The position numbers and the translations under genes were made by a program. Positions 10,349-23,004 of a stretch of 64,000 nucleotides of DNA are shown here, one piece after another. Positions within the stretch are counted from its first letter, which is position 1, and each line of letters starts with the position of its first letter. The notes beneath the pieces were generated by a model. The model worked only from the letters and a program-made list of their open reading frames with translations, had not been told where the DNA came from and searched no databases. Source of the DNA: Takakia lepidozioides (taxonomy: Eukaryota; Plantae; Bryophyta); assembly GCA_030704615.1 (NCBI GenBank), contig CM060733.1:56916001-56980000 (forward strand), given 5' to 3'.

Positions 10349-13300
10349 ATATACAAGGGTGGATTGGGAATATGAGGATAGCTTGTGTGAAAAGAAAGGT
10401 ACATAAACAATGATGTACATACAACCAAATATCAGTTTCGTAAGTACTGCACTTGTCATGCTCCACCCCTATCACTAATTTGTTGTCCACTATTTGTGGA
10501 TCCAGTTTTTTCTCTTTTAAACGGGACCAATCCAATATAAAAGCCGAGTTTCATATATATATGAAGACGGAAAAAATGTCATTTAAGGATAAATTCACAC
10601 ATAGTAAATTGGGAGAATATGAGAGTACACAATTTAAACATTGTAATCTATTTTTAGAGTTAATCATCATCACAATGGAATATGAGGTTTGAAATGAATA
10701 TACCATACAAAATAGCCTAGCAGGCACTTTCAGCCACTTGCATCAAAGTTATCTTTCTTACTTATTGTGTCTTTTGTAGCTTATTGAGCATCTTTTTTGT
10801 AACTCATTGAGTCCGATTTGCTTCAAGTTCAACACATTCGTTGTTTCTTCAAGTCTAGTTTGTTTCAAGTTCATGCATGCTCATATACTGTAGCTCAAAG
10901 TGCATAAGTAAGCTACCATGCGTTGTATTATCGCAAATATTATCATGTAATACATTACACTGTTGTGTTGTTGTTTGTTGATGTGCATATTTTTGTTTTC
11001 TAATAATCTTGTCCAAAGAAAAGCAAGCAGCAAAAACTGAGAGATGATAATCCCTGCCTTCAAAATACCGAGATGATTGGAAATAAGCTTGCTCTATGAT
11101 TACTTTTTAATTACAACTTTAGAAATGTCTGTAATGTTAATTATTGGGTTGCATGGATTGGATTCAAAGATGGAAACAGATGGTGGAACATCTCAATGAT
11201 AGCAACCAACTCCGAAAGAAATGTCAGCTTCCGGAGCATCTGGGTAAATATTGAAGTCTATTGGGTTTCATGGCATTAGCAAAGAAGTAACTATAAGTCT
11301 GAATCCATGGCACCCCATACAAGATTGATTAAGTTTGACAGAGTTCGTGGGACTATTAGCCATTCTTGATCATTTATATGCAAAATTATATTTTCAGTCC
11401 ATGTGTACATGAATAAGTGTAAGCCCATGAGCGACATTTAGTTTACGAGCATAGATCATTCGTGAATAGTAACAATTTGATTTGTTTGCATGATGCAAGG
11501 GGCTGGTCTGATAGGCCAACATACGTCTTGTCCGTTGATGGACCACGTCGATCGATTGTTTAATATTGGTCAAATATTCAACCAGATCGCTTCTAAATTG
11601 CATCTTCACAGTAACGTCTTATGAAAAAAGGATGAGCAAGAAAGGCCCTAGATGACCGCGAGAAGTAGACCTATAACCGCGGAAATCTGACTTATTTCGT
11701 GGGAAAATTGATCTGTTATCGATCTATGTCATAAATACAATTACATGCACTTTGTTGATGTATGAAGAGACACCATAATTTATGCTCCCTTCGGAAGACG
11801 TCTATATTTATTTATTTATTTTATAAATTAATAAAATTAAAACTAATATGATCTCAATTGCTACTATATCACTTTGAAAAATTATCCAAAATAATAATAA
11901 TCAATTTGAATTTATTGTTTTCTTTAGGTCATTCTATCTAATATATTTCTCAATTTGCAAGGGATTAACATTTTGACGCTTCATGTGGGAAAAATGCATG
12001 TTTTTTTATAAACGTTTGTTTGAGCTCATGGCTGATTGCGAGATTTTGGATATTTCTAATGAAAGACACCATGGATCCCTAATACCTATCTTTTTGGATA
12101 TTGGTTAAAGCAAAGTACAATGAAGTTTATAGTTAGTAAAAGATGGCGCTTCAAACTTAGCACATTTAATTGATACCAAAAAATTATGTCTCACACGAGT
12201 TTATGATATAGTAATCAACTACAAAAACTAAGTCCAAGCCTAAGTTGTTTGAAGACATTCACATGTACAAATGCATTTTATCTCATTATCTACTGCATGG
12301 TATAAAAGTTGAACCTCTAAGACAGTTTAGTTGATGCTCGGCTCTTTGTTACGTTGTCTATTTTTCTATTGGATCTTAACATCATGAACAACTGTAGCAA
12401 AATTCTTCATTCTTTGCTTTTTGATCTTGGATGTGATAATATCTGATTTCGGAGTGAATGATGCAGAAGGAGATGTACTAGCCTTAGCAAAGGTTGAAGA
12501 CATATGACCTAAGTGTATCACACACACAATCATTAACACTTCATACAATACAAAATCATAAACAACCACAAGACAAGAATACAAGTCAACTCTATTATAT
12601 GGATCACTAACATTACCTTAATCTGGAATCAATGTCTTGTTTGCACCTGCACAACATATGATAATACAACTATTAACCATTCATTCCATTTCAAATAAAT
12701 TGATATTTTCCATTAATCATTGTACTGAAGAGGTACTTACGCATGTGATTCTGCTTTTGCAATCAAACATTATTCAATTGTTGTCTCCACATTTTTACAT
12801 CATTCTTCGCATCAAAAGCCATTTGTGGTTGTGCTTTCAGATAGTTGTTTATAGATGCTCCTATGACCTTATAGCCCACACTTTTAATCCAAAGTGGATG
12901 GACCTCCTTAGCACACTATTCAAATTTGCACGTTGAAGAAGTGTTCAAATGGTAGCCAAAGCAATTTGCATGGTAGAAATGGCTACATGACAACGTGATG
13001 ACATCAATTAAGATAAGAAAATCCTCAATCACAAAGCAAACAAACATTAACTCCAAGAAATCTAAAAATGTCTTTTTGATGTGAAGATAAATGATCAGTT
13101 TATGATTCATCTGAATATCGTTAGGATTCTTATTTTTTTTAACTTTTTCAAGCTCATCCCACATCTTTTTTTTTCACGTTCTCTTAATTCCAACACTCGA
13201 TGTTGCGGGCAATGAGCTCATCTTAATCGTTGGAACAGTCATGTTGTTTATTGTATACTTCTCTATTTCAGTGACCCTCTCTTGGAGAATTTTCTGTATG

Positions 13301-14559
13301 GTAGTGGAATTTTTGGCCCTCTCTTCCAATTGCTCCATAGGCATCATTTTCCCCTTCCTCCCTCTGTTAAAACTTTCATGTAGACAAGTGAGATTGTGTT
13401 TGTTGAAGATGGAGTACGAGGTTAGGAAGTACACTTCGTCAATTTGGGGATATTTCCCCAGTGCTTGAACGACGGATCCCTTTTATAGGTCCCTCCCTTG
13501 TCTCCTGTGGGGTGTCGCACAGTTGATGCAGCTGCACAGCTAGCGCCTCAAGTTTACAGCCTATATTGTTGTATGCATTTCGTTAGAGTACGACGCTTTT
13601 TCTGGGATTAGTGCTTCTTCAAGCCACTGAAATTTTATAAGTTCAGCCTTTGCTCCGGATGCTCGTCAAGGCTTTGGGTGCATTCTGGAATGTCGCAGCG
13701 TACGTTTCTTGAATCCGACTCACGACGTGGTAAACTGTTACTATTGAGATGTGTTGTTAGGTGATGGTACACAGTTAGGTTCTAGGCTCGCGATGTGGTA
13801 AACAGTTGATCTTTGTTTATGAGGTGTAATTGCGACTGTAGCAAATAATTCTGGTTGGCTCATGAGCATTGCGGCTGTGAAATTGAGTGAGTGAGAGGTC
13901 ATGTGTGTGTTGTTGGTGATACAGAGAGAGTGTAAGTTTATGCATAGTACTGTAATAAAGTTTGTTGTAACTAGTGACAGTCTTCTGTATGAGCGTGACA
14001 ACTATTGTTTACTTGAAAATTGATCTACATGTACTAATTAGTATAATCATTTTCATGGAGGTGTTTTGTTCTTGTTCTTTTTTATCAATGAAAAATGATG
14101 ATCATTCAAATTAAAGTGCACAATTGGGGATTAGATTTGAATGGGGCTTTTGTATTTTTCGATACAAATGTGGTTTCTTATTTCATTTTAGGGATAGAAA
14201 AAAGAAATATTGTCTTATGAAGTTGTAGTGTGGTTGAGATATATGTTTATGAATGATTGTGTAGGTGTTACTCCTACAACCTTGGAAGAATTGGTCAATA
14301 TTTTTCCTTAGATCATCCCATCATTGAAAAGTGTAGAAAATTTGATCATCTTCTTAGGCACATGTCAATGTTTGTTAGATAATCGGTGGCAGATTATCCA
14401 GTGTTGTCTTCCGGAAAGACCGAAGAGCATCTTCTCATTCAACTTTTCTATTTCCTTGTTTTTCTTTGAGACTGTATCTTTGTCAACATTTTTCGTTGTT
14501 TTTGCTTATTAGATTGCTCGTTAGATCGTTGTTGTTACTCGTTAGATTGCTGTTGTTGC

Positions 14560-15275
14560 TCGTTAGGCTTACGGTCCCGATTTATTAAATATTATTTTTC
14601 AAAAATCAGGACCGCCAAAGCTAGTGATCCCGAATTTATAATTTCTTAAAAATTGGGATCGTCAGAGCTGGCTATCCCGATTTATTAAATAATTTCTTAA
14701 GATCCGGGTTCGTTTTATTAAACTATCCCAAAATTTTCAGAATTTTCTTAAAAAAACTTCAGGCCATCACATATGATATGGCGGCTTACGTGTTACTATG
14801 GTAAATTATGCAACACTAAAATTAATATTAAAAACAAATTACACAACGTAAAGTTAATTTTTGAGGTGACGTGACAAATGTTAAGATGTAACCTCGGATG
14901 TGACGCGGAAGTGTTAGTGTCACCTCACGTTATTTTGTGCATCTACGTTTATTATTTTGGCTTTTGCCCTACATCTCTCCCCCACATCCTAATTATCAGC
15001 GTCACGTCGGTCATGTCACGTCAGGTCGCGTCAAACCAGACGCTGACGTGACCTACATCACGTCGGTTTTATGGAAACATTAATATAAAAAAATTAAAGG
15101 TAAAAAAACATCAATTCAGCAGTCACGTCACATTATTTGTTTTTATTTTTAATGTCTGCGACCGCCAATATTGGCGATCGCAACATTTATTTTTAAGCAA
15201 ATGATGCAACCACCAATATTGGCGGTTGCATCATTTTATTTTATTTATAAAAGCATGCGACCGCCAATATTGCGT
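14560..15275. repeat. Palindrome-rich transposon terminal region (Mutator-like inferred), copy 1
   Basis: Arrays of gggaccgccaaagctggcggtccc-like and gaccgccaatattggcggtc palindromes separated by A/T tracts; 14991-15272 is repeated at 17218 onward. Confidence 0.65.
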
Positions 15276-15671
15276 AATGATATTGGGTGGACTTTGATAT
15301 GGGAGTAGTTCTCATTTTTTCAGCCATGCTAAATCTCATAATCCATTCATGTTGGGGTACTCAAAGAAAGACAAAACAGAAAATAATACTTATTTCCCAA
15401 GTTACTATCGAAACAACTGCTGCTCTGAGGGCAGTAGCTTTTGCCCGGTTGTAATTACGTTGAATTCTGTAATCTAGGTTCTGCTTCCGCTTGTCCTTCT
15501 CCATTTGCAGGTGAACGTCAACAGAGTTAATACAAAGTGATCAACAAAATTTGTTTTGAACAAATGAAACTGATTCATCTCGGCTCCATTTTTCAAGGCG
15601 TAATTGTAATGAAGGTGATATGTACTTGGCGTGATGGGATCGCAACCCTAAACTGTTCAATCATATACTGT

Positions 15672-15698
15672 CGTTTGCTTGCCGCACGGAAAGTGAGT

Positions 15699-15755
<57 letters not shown>

Positions 15756-15822
15756 CCACATTATTTAAGGAAAGTGAGATAGAGAAAGAGGTGGGGACTC
15801 ACCTACCGTGCGGCGAGCAACG
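15672..15822. repeat. 150-bp foldback element containing a (CT)n microsatellite
   Basis: cgtttgcttgccgcacggaaagtgagtcccacctctctc pairs with gagaaagaggtggggactcacctaccgtgcggcgagcaacg; (CT)n at about 15704-15751. Confidence 0.85.
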
Positions 15823-16098
15823 GATAATTAATCGTAATAAAACCAACTTTGTGATTGGTTCTTACTTTTCTTTTGTTATGCAGACAGTAACATATACTCA
15901 TATATACAAAAAGGTTTTGAACAAATCCATATACACAGAAGGGTTGTGGCCCAAAAACGGACTTTAAATATGTGGAACCAATCCAAGACATTGTTTGGGA
16001 CGATTATTGGAAAGATGGTTGTTGATTCGCATGTCTGAATGTGAAAATGAATAATGTTCATCCTTGCGCATGTCCTTATGTTTATTTAGAGACTTTAA

Positions 16099-16618
16099 CT
16101 CTTAAGTTCCCAAGCGACCTGAATCGGATCACTTTGACACATCCACCATTGGCTTTTAAAAAATTTGTAGAAAAAAAAGTACTTCATTTGGAGGCACATT
16201 TTCTCTTGTCAATTTTGAAATTTCAACCTCTGTGTAATTGCATGCATAGCAACCATAGGTGAAAAAATCAGTTGGACCTGCAATTTAGTGGGGTCATAGC
16301 CACTCCACTATTGATTTGGAAATGGTGGGTCTTGGGGCAAGCAAAATTGAATAAAGCTAGGTTTTGATTTGGTCAAACCAATTTCTTTCTCACTTTTTCT
16401 TTGGGACCTGATATTTGAGGTCCGGGTCAACGCTATAATCTCACAATTTCCACGGTGGACTTGGCTCATTTTTTGGTATGTCATGCATAAATGAGCTGGG
16501 CCCATTGCTATAAGGCTGGAATCTCTAGATGATTTTCGGTAGGTTTCTAGGGGCAATTTACTGTAGCTGGGTATCCAAAATTGGTTAAAAGTCAAAAAAA
16601 GGCTTGGGAACTTAAGGG
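16099..16618. mobile_element. Non-autonomous DNA transposon with TTAA flanks and C(C/T)CTT termini (piggyBac-like)
   Basis: TTAA|CTCTTAAGTTCCCAAGC ... GCTTGGGAACTTAAGGG|TTAA: 17-bp TIR with 1 mismatch, TTAA at 16095-16098 and 16619-16622. Confidence 0.75.
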
Positions 16619-17217
16619 TTAACACGTAGCTGCACATATTAGATGACAAATAGATTACTTGGTTGAAACCTATAATATTTGTCGATCGTATGTAGATGAT
16701 TTAGTAGTTTTTTTTAAAAACAAAAAGTGATATTTATAGTATACATGTTGAGCTCGATGGAGTTGGTTTGGCTATTGACGAAAATGCCTATTGGCACACG
16801 CCTTATCATACTATTGAATCTCCAATTCCTCATTATATACAGTTTAACAATGTGAACGAGTTTACTTTAAGTTTGATTCAATCAAGAGTTTTAGGTCCAA
16901 AAGTTAATTCAATATCTACAACAAATTATGAAGGTTTAGATTTTGTTATCATTCCGAGCCATTCACGGAGACTATATGTTGAATGAATGAGAGTACATGG
17001 AGTAATTAGATACAACATTGTTGTTTCAAATACTATTTCATTGTATACATGTTTACAAATATACATTATTTTCTGGTATTTGTCTGTATTTTTGAATGAA
17101 TTTCGATACACAGTCTGTTGCCTCTTCTTTATAATTTTGTTTTGTTTTTTTTGTTTGTGTTTGTTAAAATGAAGAATTTTTCCAGTAGGTCGACTGTTGA
17201 AATTGTAACTGTGTCTG

Positions 17218-17800
17218 AATTATCAGCGTCACGTCTGTCGCGTCTCGTCAAGTTGCGTTAGACTTGACACTGACGCAACCTACGTCACATTAGGTTTAAG
17301 CGGTATATTAATTTTAAAAAATCAATGTAAATATATCAATTAAGCAGCCACGTCGCAAACACGGTGGTGGTGGCAGACAAAAGCAAAATAAAAGTCGATT
17401 GAATTTTTCTTTTTGAATCCCGTGTAACTGCCAATATTGGCAGTCCCTTGTATTTTTTTATTTTTTCAAATGAAGCGACCACCAACATTGACGGTCGTTT
17501 GTTATTTTTTAATCCGGACGAGCACTAATATTTACGGTCGCTTGCATTGTATTTTTCATAATCCTGAGCGACCGCCAATATTGGCGGTCGCTTTCATTTT
17601 ATTTTTTTCAATCCCGCGCGACCGCCAATACTGGTGTCGTTTATATTTTTTTATTTTTTTAAATGAAGCGACCTCCATACTGTCGGTCGACCGGGATTTT
17701 AAAAAAACAAATAGAAGCGATCGCCAATATTGGCGGTGGCTTCATTTTAAAAATAACAAAATATGGTGGTACTGCCTTTTTGGGGTGGTCGCTATTGGTG
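17218..17800. repeat. Palindrome-rich transposon terminal region, copy 2
   Basis: Direct repeat of 14991 onward (aattatcagcgtcacgtc...) followed by about 7 variants of gcgaccgccaatattggcggtcgc. Confidence 0.75.
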
Positions 17801-18269
17801 GGTCAGTTTTTCATTTCACTTTTCATCTATCCTAGAGCATATGTAAGGCTCCAAGGTCACGAGGCTCCTCACTTCTTTTGTGGCAAACACTTGAGTGGTC
17901 TTTATCTATTAAAACAGAAAAGAAGAAACAACCTCTCCCCCCAAACAACGAAACCCCTCCACGGGGTTAATAATAACACAATTTTAATCGATCTCCATTT
18001 GATACACGTAAGTAATGGGTCACCATCCTAAATTGCCAATTGAACTGATCCATTTGGAAACACCTCGACGACTCGATAAGGACCCAACCATCTTATTTTT
18101 AATTTGCTGGAAAAATTTTGGACCGGATATCATAAAAGAGCAGAAAATCTTCTGTTTTAAAAAATTTGGATTTGAGCCTACTGTCACAATAATCTTTCAG
18201 CCGTCTTTGGGTAACTTCAATGTTTTGCAACATCTGCCTCCGAATTTCATTCAATTGTTCCAAGCTCGT

Positions 18270-19535
18270 TCAGGTAAATCGCTCGATCTTGTCGAACACG
18301 AGATACATATACCTCCAAGCAGTACTAGATCTCTTTCAGATCCACCATCTCAAACCTCTTTCATATATCACTTTGTCTTTTTCAACAAAGCCTGATCAAC
18401 ACATGATCACATGATCTCTTTAAGATCCACCATCTCAAACCTCTTTGAGATATTACTTAGTTTTTTCAACAAAGCCTAATCATTAACATACATTGTTATA
18501 ACCACACAATCACTATCTTTAATTCATTTGAGATATTGACATTTTGTATGTGTTTCAACAGAGTCAAGTTATTAGAGACCAAGATCAGATCATCAACATA
18601 CAATGTCATGATCACAGACGAGTTTCCATGAGCCTTCTTGTAGTAAACATTATAATCAGCAGAGCTCCTCTGAAACTCTTCAGCCATGAAATATGCATCA
18701 ATCTTATCATTTCACGCCATAGGGAATTGTTTCAAACCATACAAGAACTTGAGGAGTTACACACCATCATCTCTTTCCTTTTTACAGCAAATCCTTCTGA
18801 CTGGTCCATGCATATTTCTTCCATAAGATCTCCATTGAGAAAGGCTGTACATACATCCATCTGGTATAGCTCAAGATTTTCAACAGCATCAAATACATCC
18901 ATCCGTGCAACAGGGGAAAAGGTTTTATTGTAATCCATACCTTCAATTTGTGAAAACCCCTTTGCAACCAAATGAGCTTTGTGCCTTGCTGCATTACACT
19001 TAACTTTGAAAATTCATGTACAGCCAAAAAATTGTCGTCCATGTGGAAGTTTAACGAAAACTCCAAGTCTTATTATCTTGAAGAGATTGAAACTCAACTC
19101 GGCCATAATTTTTTTCCAGTGTAACAGTTTCTCACTCCTAAGTGCATCTGAAACCATCACTGTCAATGAAATAGACAGAAGATACATTTGAGGGTTTTTC
19201 AATCATAGTAGATTGTATCTTCTCCATCTGAACCTCAACAATCTCCTCAACAATGTCCTCTTCCATTTTATCTTCATTTTCATGGTCCAAACTTGGAACT
19301 ACTGTTTCCTGGTGAAAGTTCCTGGACTCATTGAATCATCATGACTGATGATTCTTACATACTTGCTCTCATGATTATACAGTTTATACCCTTTGGTCTT
19401 TTCACAATAACCAATGAAGATATACTAGATTGCTTTTGCATCCAATTTCTTCTTTATCTCTTTTGGAACATGAGCAAAAACAATACAACCAAATACTCAC
19501 AAATAATCACTTGAAGATTTCTCACTCTTTTCCAG
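18270..19535 (-). mobile_element. Ty1/Copia LTR retrotransposon pol remnant (integrase C-terminus and RT)
   Basis: FIGYCEKTKGYKLY, LVAKGFSQIEGMDYNKTFSPV, QMDVCTAFLNGDL, LYVDDLIL, KRFEMVDL (duplicated as an ~85-bp tandem at 18328-18490); many stops and frameshifts. Confidence 0.93.
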
Positions 19536-19555
19536 GGGAGATGGCTCCCAAATTT

Positions 19556-19591
19556 CATCCCCCGGATGGAAATATGACGCCGAATTTCCAT
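19556..19591 (-). repeat. Isolated copy of the palindromic motif of the 42.5-44.0 kb array
   Basis: catcccccggatggaaatatgacgccgaatttccat matches the reverse complement of the array unit near 43817-43852 at 34/36 positions. Confidence 0.85.
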
Positions 19592-19749
19592 GTCCAGGGA
19601 GGTTCGGATAAAGTCCTCTCGGGGGGAGGGTGCGCAGAAGCAGTGGCGACTGCAGCATATCTCTGTAATTGACTTCCTAATAAGGCAATCTTTGTAAAGA
19701 CACCTAAGTCAGTGTACCAGAATAGCAGGTGGAGATAACTTAAGTAAAA

Positions 19750-20295
19750 GCATGGATTTATCAAACACCTTCCCTCCCAATATAATGGGTTACACTCTCT
19801 CCCTTCTCTCTCACCCCCAATCTTGTATCCATTCCCCCACCGCCCGCACTCTATTCATACTACGCCAAATGAAAATAAACATTCAAACCGATCTCTCTGG
19901 ATATCCCAACTTCATATCACCACTGGAACGCGCATGGCACAACAACCCTTCTCCACACAATTTGAAGACTCGCATCCTAAACAGAAGAAACATATTCTCG
20001 TCTACTTCAATGCTCACCGTATCACCAATCTTGCCACTACCAGTGGATACCGGCTTCTAACTTTATGAGCCATGTTTGGTTAGTCGCCATATGGATCAAT
20101 GACGTTGTTTGGTGAGTTAAAAGGAAGCTTGTGCACTTAGTTTCGGTTGTAAACATCTTCCTTTGGAATTAGAGCTACTATTGGTGGTGTGTGTGGGCCA
20201 TAAATAGCAAGAATACCTTGTTGATTTCCTCTGTCCCCTCAATACTACAACTACTTCAAGCCTCCCTATACCCTCCAATATGCACCCCCCCTAGC

Positions 20296-20326
<31 letters not shown>

Positions 20327-20870
20327 TCTCTCTCATCCCCTCCATTTTTCCTGACCTCGCAACTACTTCCCCTAACACACCTCAATTTCCTCCCCCTAGC
20401 CCCCTGTTAGCGACCACTTCACAAACTTATCCCCACCTATCCGACCCCGCCCACCTAGAGGCATTCGTCATTGAGGCTATTCTTGGCATTAAAACCCAAC
20501 ACATCACTGGACTCCTTCAGTGCAACCTGCGTTGATACATACTATCTATGTAAATGGGCAGAGTTCCCATCCAAAGACAACACATGGCAAATTGAAGACG
20601 ATATGGAGGCGGTCTTGCTCAACCGCCTACAGGGCCACTCGCACACGGAGTTCTGCGATTGGCTCGTCATGCCACACACTCCTCCTCAACCACCTCCACT
20701 ATCATCATTTTAACACAACAAAAAAAACCTGACCATCAAACACCACTCCTCTTACTCCCTCATGACGTCACTCCATCGGTGGCCATCGAACCCAAACAAT
20801 TTAAATACACCCGCAACCTACATTTCCCAAAATATCTACACCACAAATAATCCACCCTTTCGTTATATCG
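19750..20870 (+). mobile_element. Retroelement fragment containing a chromodomain (non-LTR type inferred)
   Basis: FVIEAILGIK ... YYLCKWAEFPSKDNTWQIEDDM at 20460-20606 (one frameshift) matches the chromodomain consensus; C/A-rich coding strand like the LINE fragment at 62-63 kb. Confidence 0.6.
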
Positions 20871-21419
20871 CACGACGCATAGTGGGACTCGGACTATTCT
20901 TCATCTACATGAAATGTATCTTTTAGTGAAACAAGTCCATTGTTTTACTTTGTTTCCATGCATTCATGTACTTTGGCAAAAATCAGTTTTTCGATGCTCA
21001 CAATAATATATAAAAATAAGAAATTTCATTTTTTTAATGTTTTCTATAGGACTTTGGTATCTTAAAGAGTAGAGAAATACTAATATGAGTTCATTTTATC
21101 ATATTTGTTTTTTAATAGTGAGTGCAAAAAATCCATAAGAAGTCTTTTTATAGACTGTAACACTGCGTATGCAATTTTCTCAAGTCCATTACTTCGACAA
21201 ATCCACCTCATGTCTTAGTAAGAATTTAAATATTATAGCTTGTAGTAGTTGGAAACATAAGAGTGAGTCCCATTTCATCATAAAAATTTGTCTCTAAGGT
21301 ACAATTGAATTAAACTATGTCATGTAAAACACTGTTGTGACACAAAAATATAGACACCGTAGTCTGCTTTCACCCCTTAAGGCGCTTTGGTATAGCTGAA
21401 AGTATACTGGTAAATACCT

Positions 21420-22830
21420 CGTTTGTCCCAAATTGCAAACTCTCAAAGGAGATGAGTCTTAAGAGTGTTGTAGACTTGGTGACAATGAGAGATGTTCTCT
21501 ATCAGAGTGATGTGAGAAGTCTCATGTATGCAATGGTCTGTATAAGGCCCTAGGGGAAGTCACTCGGCATGAATTCCAAATCATGTGCGATAAAACATAG
21601 GGTTCAACAAATTCTTGAAATTTTTTTTTTTTTTAAAGATTTAATTTTAACAAAAGGTTGTGGTATTATGAACATTACATTTATAAAAATATAGGGGTAC
21701 TTCTCCGCCTTTGTGTTAAAATTTGTCGAGCTAGGATTTCCTTCACCATTATGATTCCCCTGGGTAGATGAACGTAAGTAGGTGACTTTAAGTATGAGTG
21801 AATGGGTTTAACAACTTGTATGTATTATATAGTAATAATGCAGACTCATTGAAAACTCGTTTGTTAGTGAACGACAGTAGGCCATATTTGGCTTGAATAA
21901 AGTTCATGTATTTTGTTGTTTGGTGTGCATGTGCTAGCTACTGTTTTTTTTTTTTTCATTTAAATTTAACTTTATATAATACTTTAAAGTAAATTTGGGT
22001 ACTAATAAAAAAAATCTAATATTTTTTATAATTCAAAATAGGGTGTCTACAAAATACCCCTATTACAAAATTATGTAATGCAAGGGTACCAAAAAATAAT
22101 AAAAACCCAAATAATACCCCCCAACTATATACCATTTGTTCGTAGATGGTAACAAAATACAAGGAGTGAACTCCCCGGGACAAGGCCAAATATTGCACAA
22201 GCAGTGGTGGTCGTAAGCCAATTTGTGGCTAACCTTGGGCAACTCCATTGGGTTGCAATAAAGCAGATTTTCCGTTATCTGAGAGGCACATTAGACTATG
22301 GTCTGTGCTTGAGAAAGAACAATGATAATGTTCAGTTGGATCAAGTGGGTTCATATGGTATCTCAGATAGTGCTTGCAAAAGCATAAAGCTGTATGGCTA
22401 TTGTGATGCAGATTGGGCTGGTAATGTTGATGACCACCATTCTATATCTGGCTATGTTTTTATGCAAGCAAATGGAGCTGTTAGTTGGAGCAGCAAGAAG
22501 CAATTTATGATTGTTATGTCTTCAACTAAGGAAAATTATGTGGCTGCATCTTAAAGGCAAACATTGGGGTTATCATCATTTCTCTCAAGTATTGGTCGTC
22601 CACAGAGGGATACCATGCCCATATATGATGACAACCAAGGGTGTATTGCTCTCTCGAAGAATCCAATGTTTCATGCTCGCACAAAGCATATTGAGATTCA
22701 TCATCATCTGGTACGAGAGAAGACTGAAGCTAGAATTGTTAATACCAACACAATGGTTGCAGATAATTTGACCAAATGACTTAGTGCTGAAAAACATGAA
22801 CGCTTTCGAGGCGTGATGGGAGTAGTTAAG
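21420..22830 (+). mobile_element. Ty1/Copia RT-RNase H remnant interrupted by a MITE
   Basis: RSLMYAMVCIRP | NIAQAVVVVSQF...HWVAIKQIFRYLRGT, GYCDADWAG, WSSKKQ, HARTKHIEIHHH, ADNLTK. Confidence 0.92.
21550..22179. mobile_element. hAT-like MITE nested in the Copia remnant
   Basis: 16-bp imperfect TIR (ctaggggaagtcactc / gagtgaactccccggg, 12/16); 8-bp TSD ataaggcc / acaaggcc; removing it restores the C-I-R-P-N-I-A-Q reading. Confidence 0.8.
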
Positions 22831-23004
22831 TGTTTAACTTGGCACACAGCTTGAGTACTGAAAGGACGTGGCACAAAGCTTGTTGTGATCCTATAGTTGG
22901 GTGGAGAGTTCTCAGTAATCAATTCATCTTTTATCTCTATTCTCTGTCGAATTCCAACAAAAATGGGGAGTTGTAATAGATGACGGTTTTTGGGGGTGTT
23001 GGAA

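Noticed and set aside
10600-14500. Decayed transposon genes in AT-rich DNA
   Set aside because: Fragmentary coding-like stretches with no motif I can name confidently.
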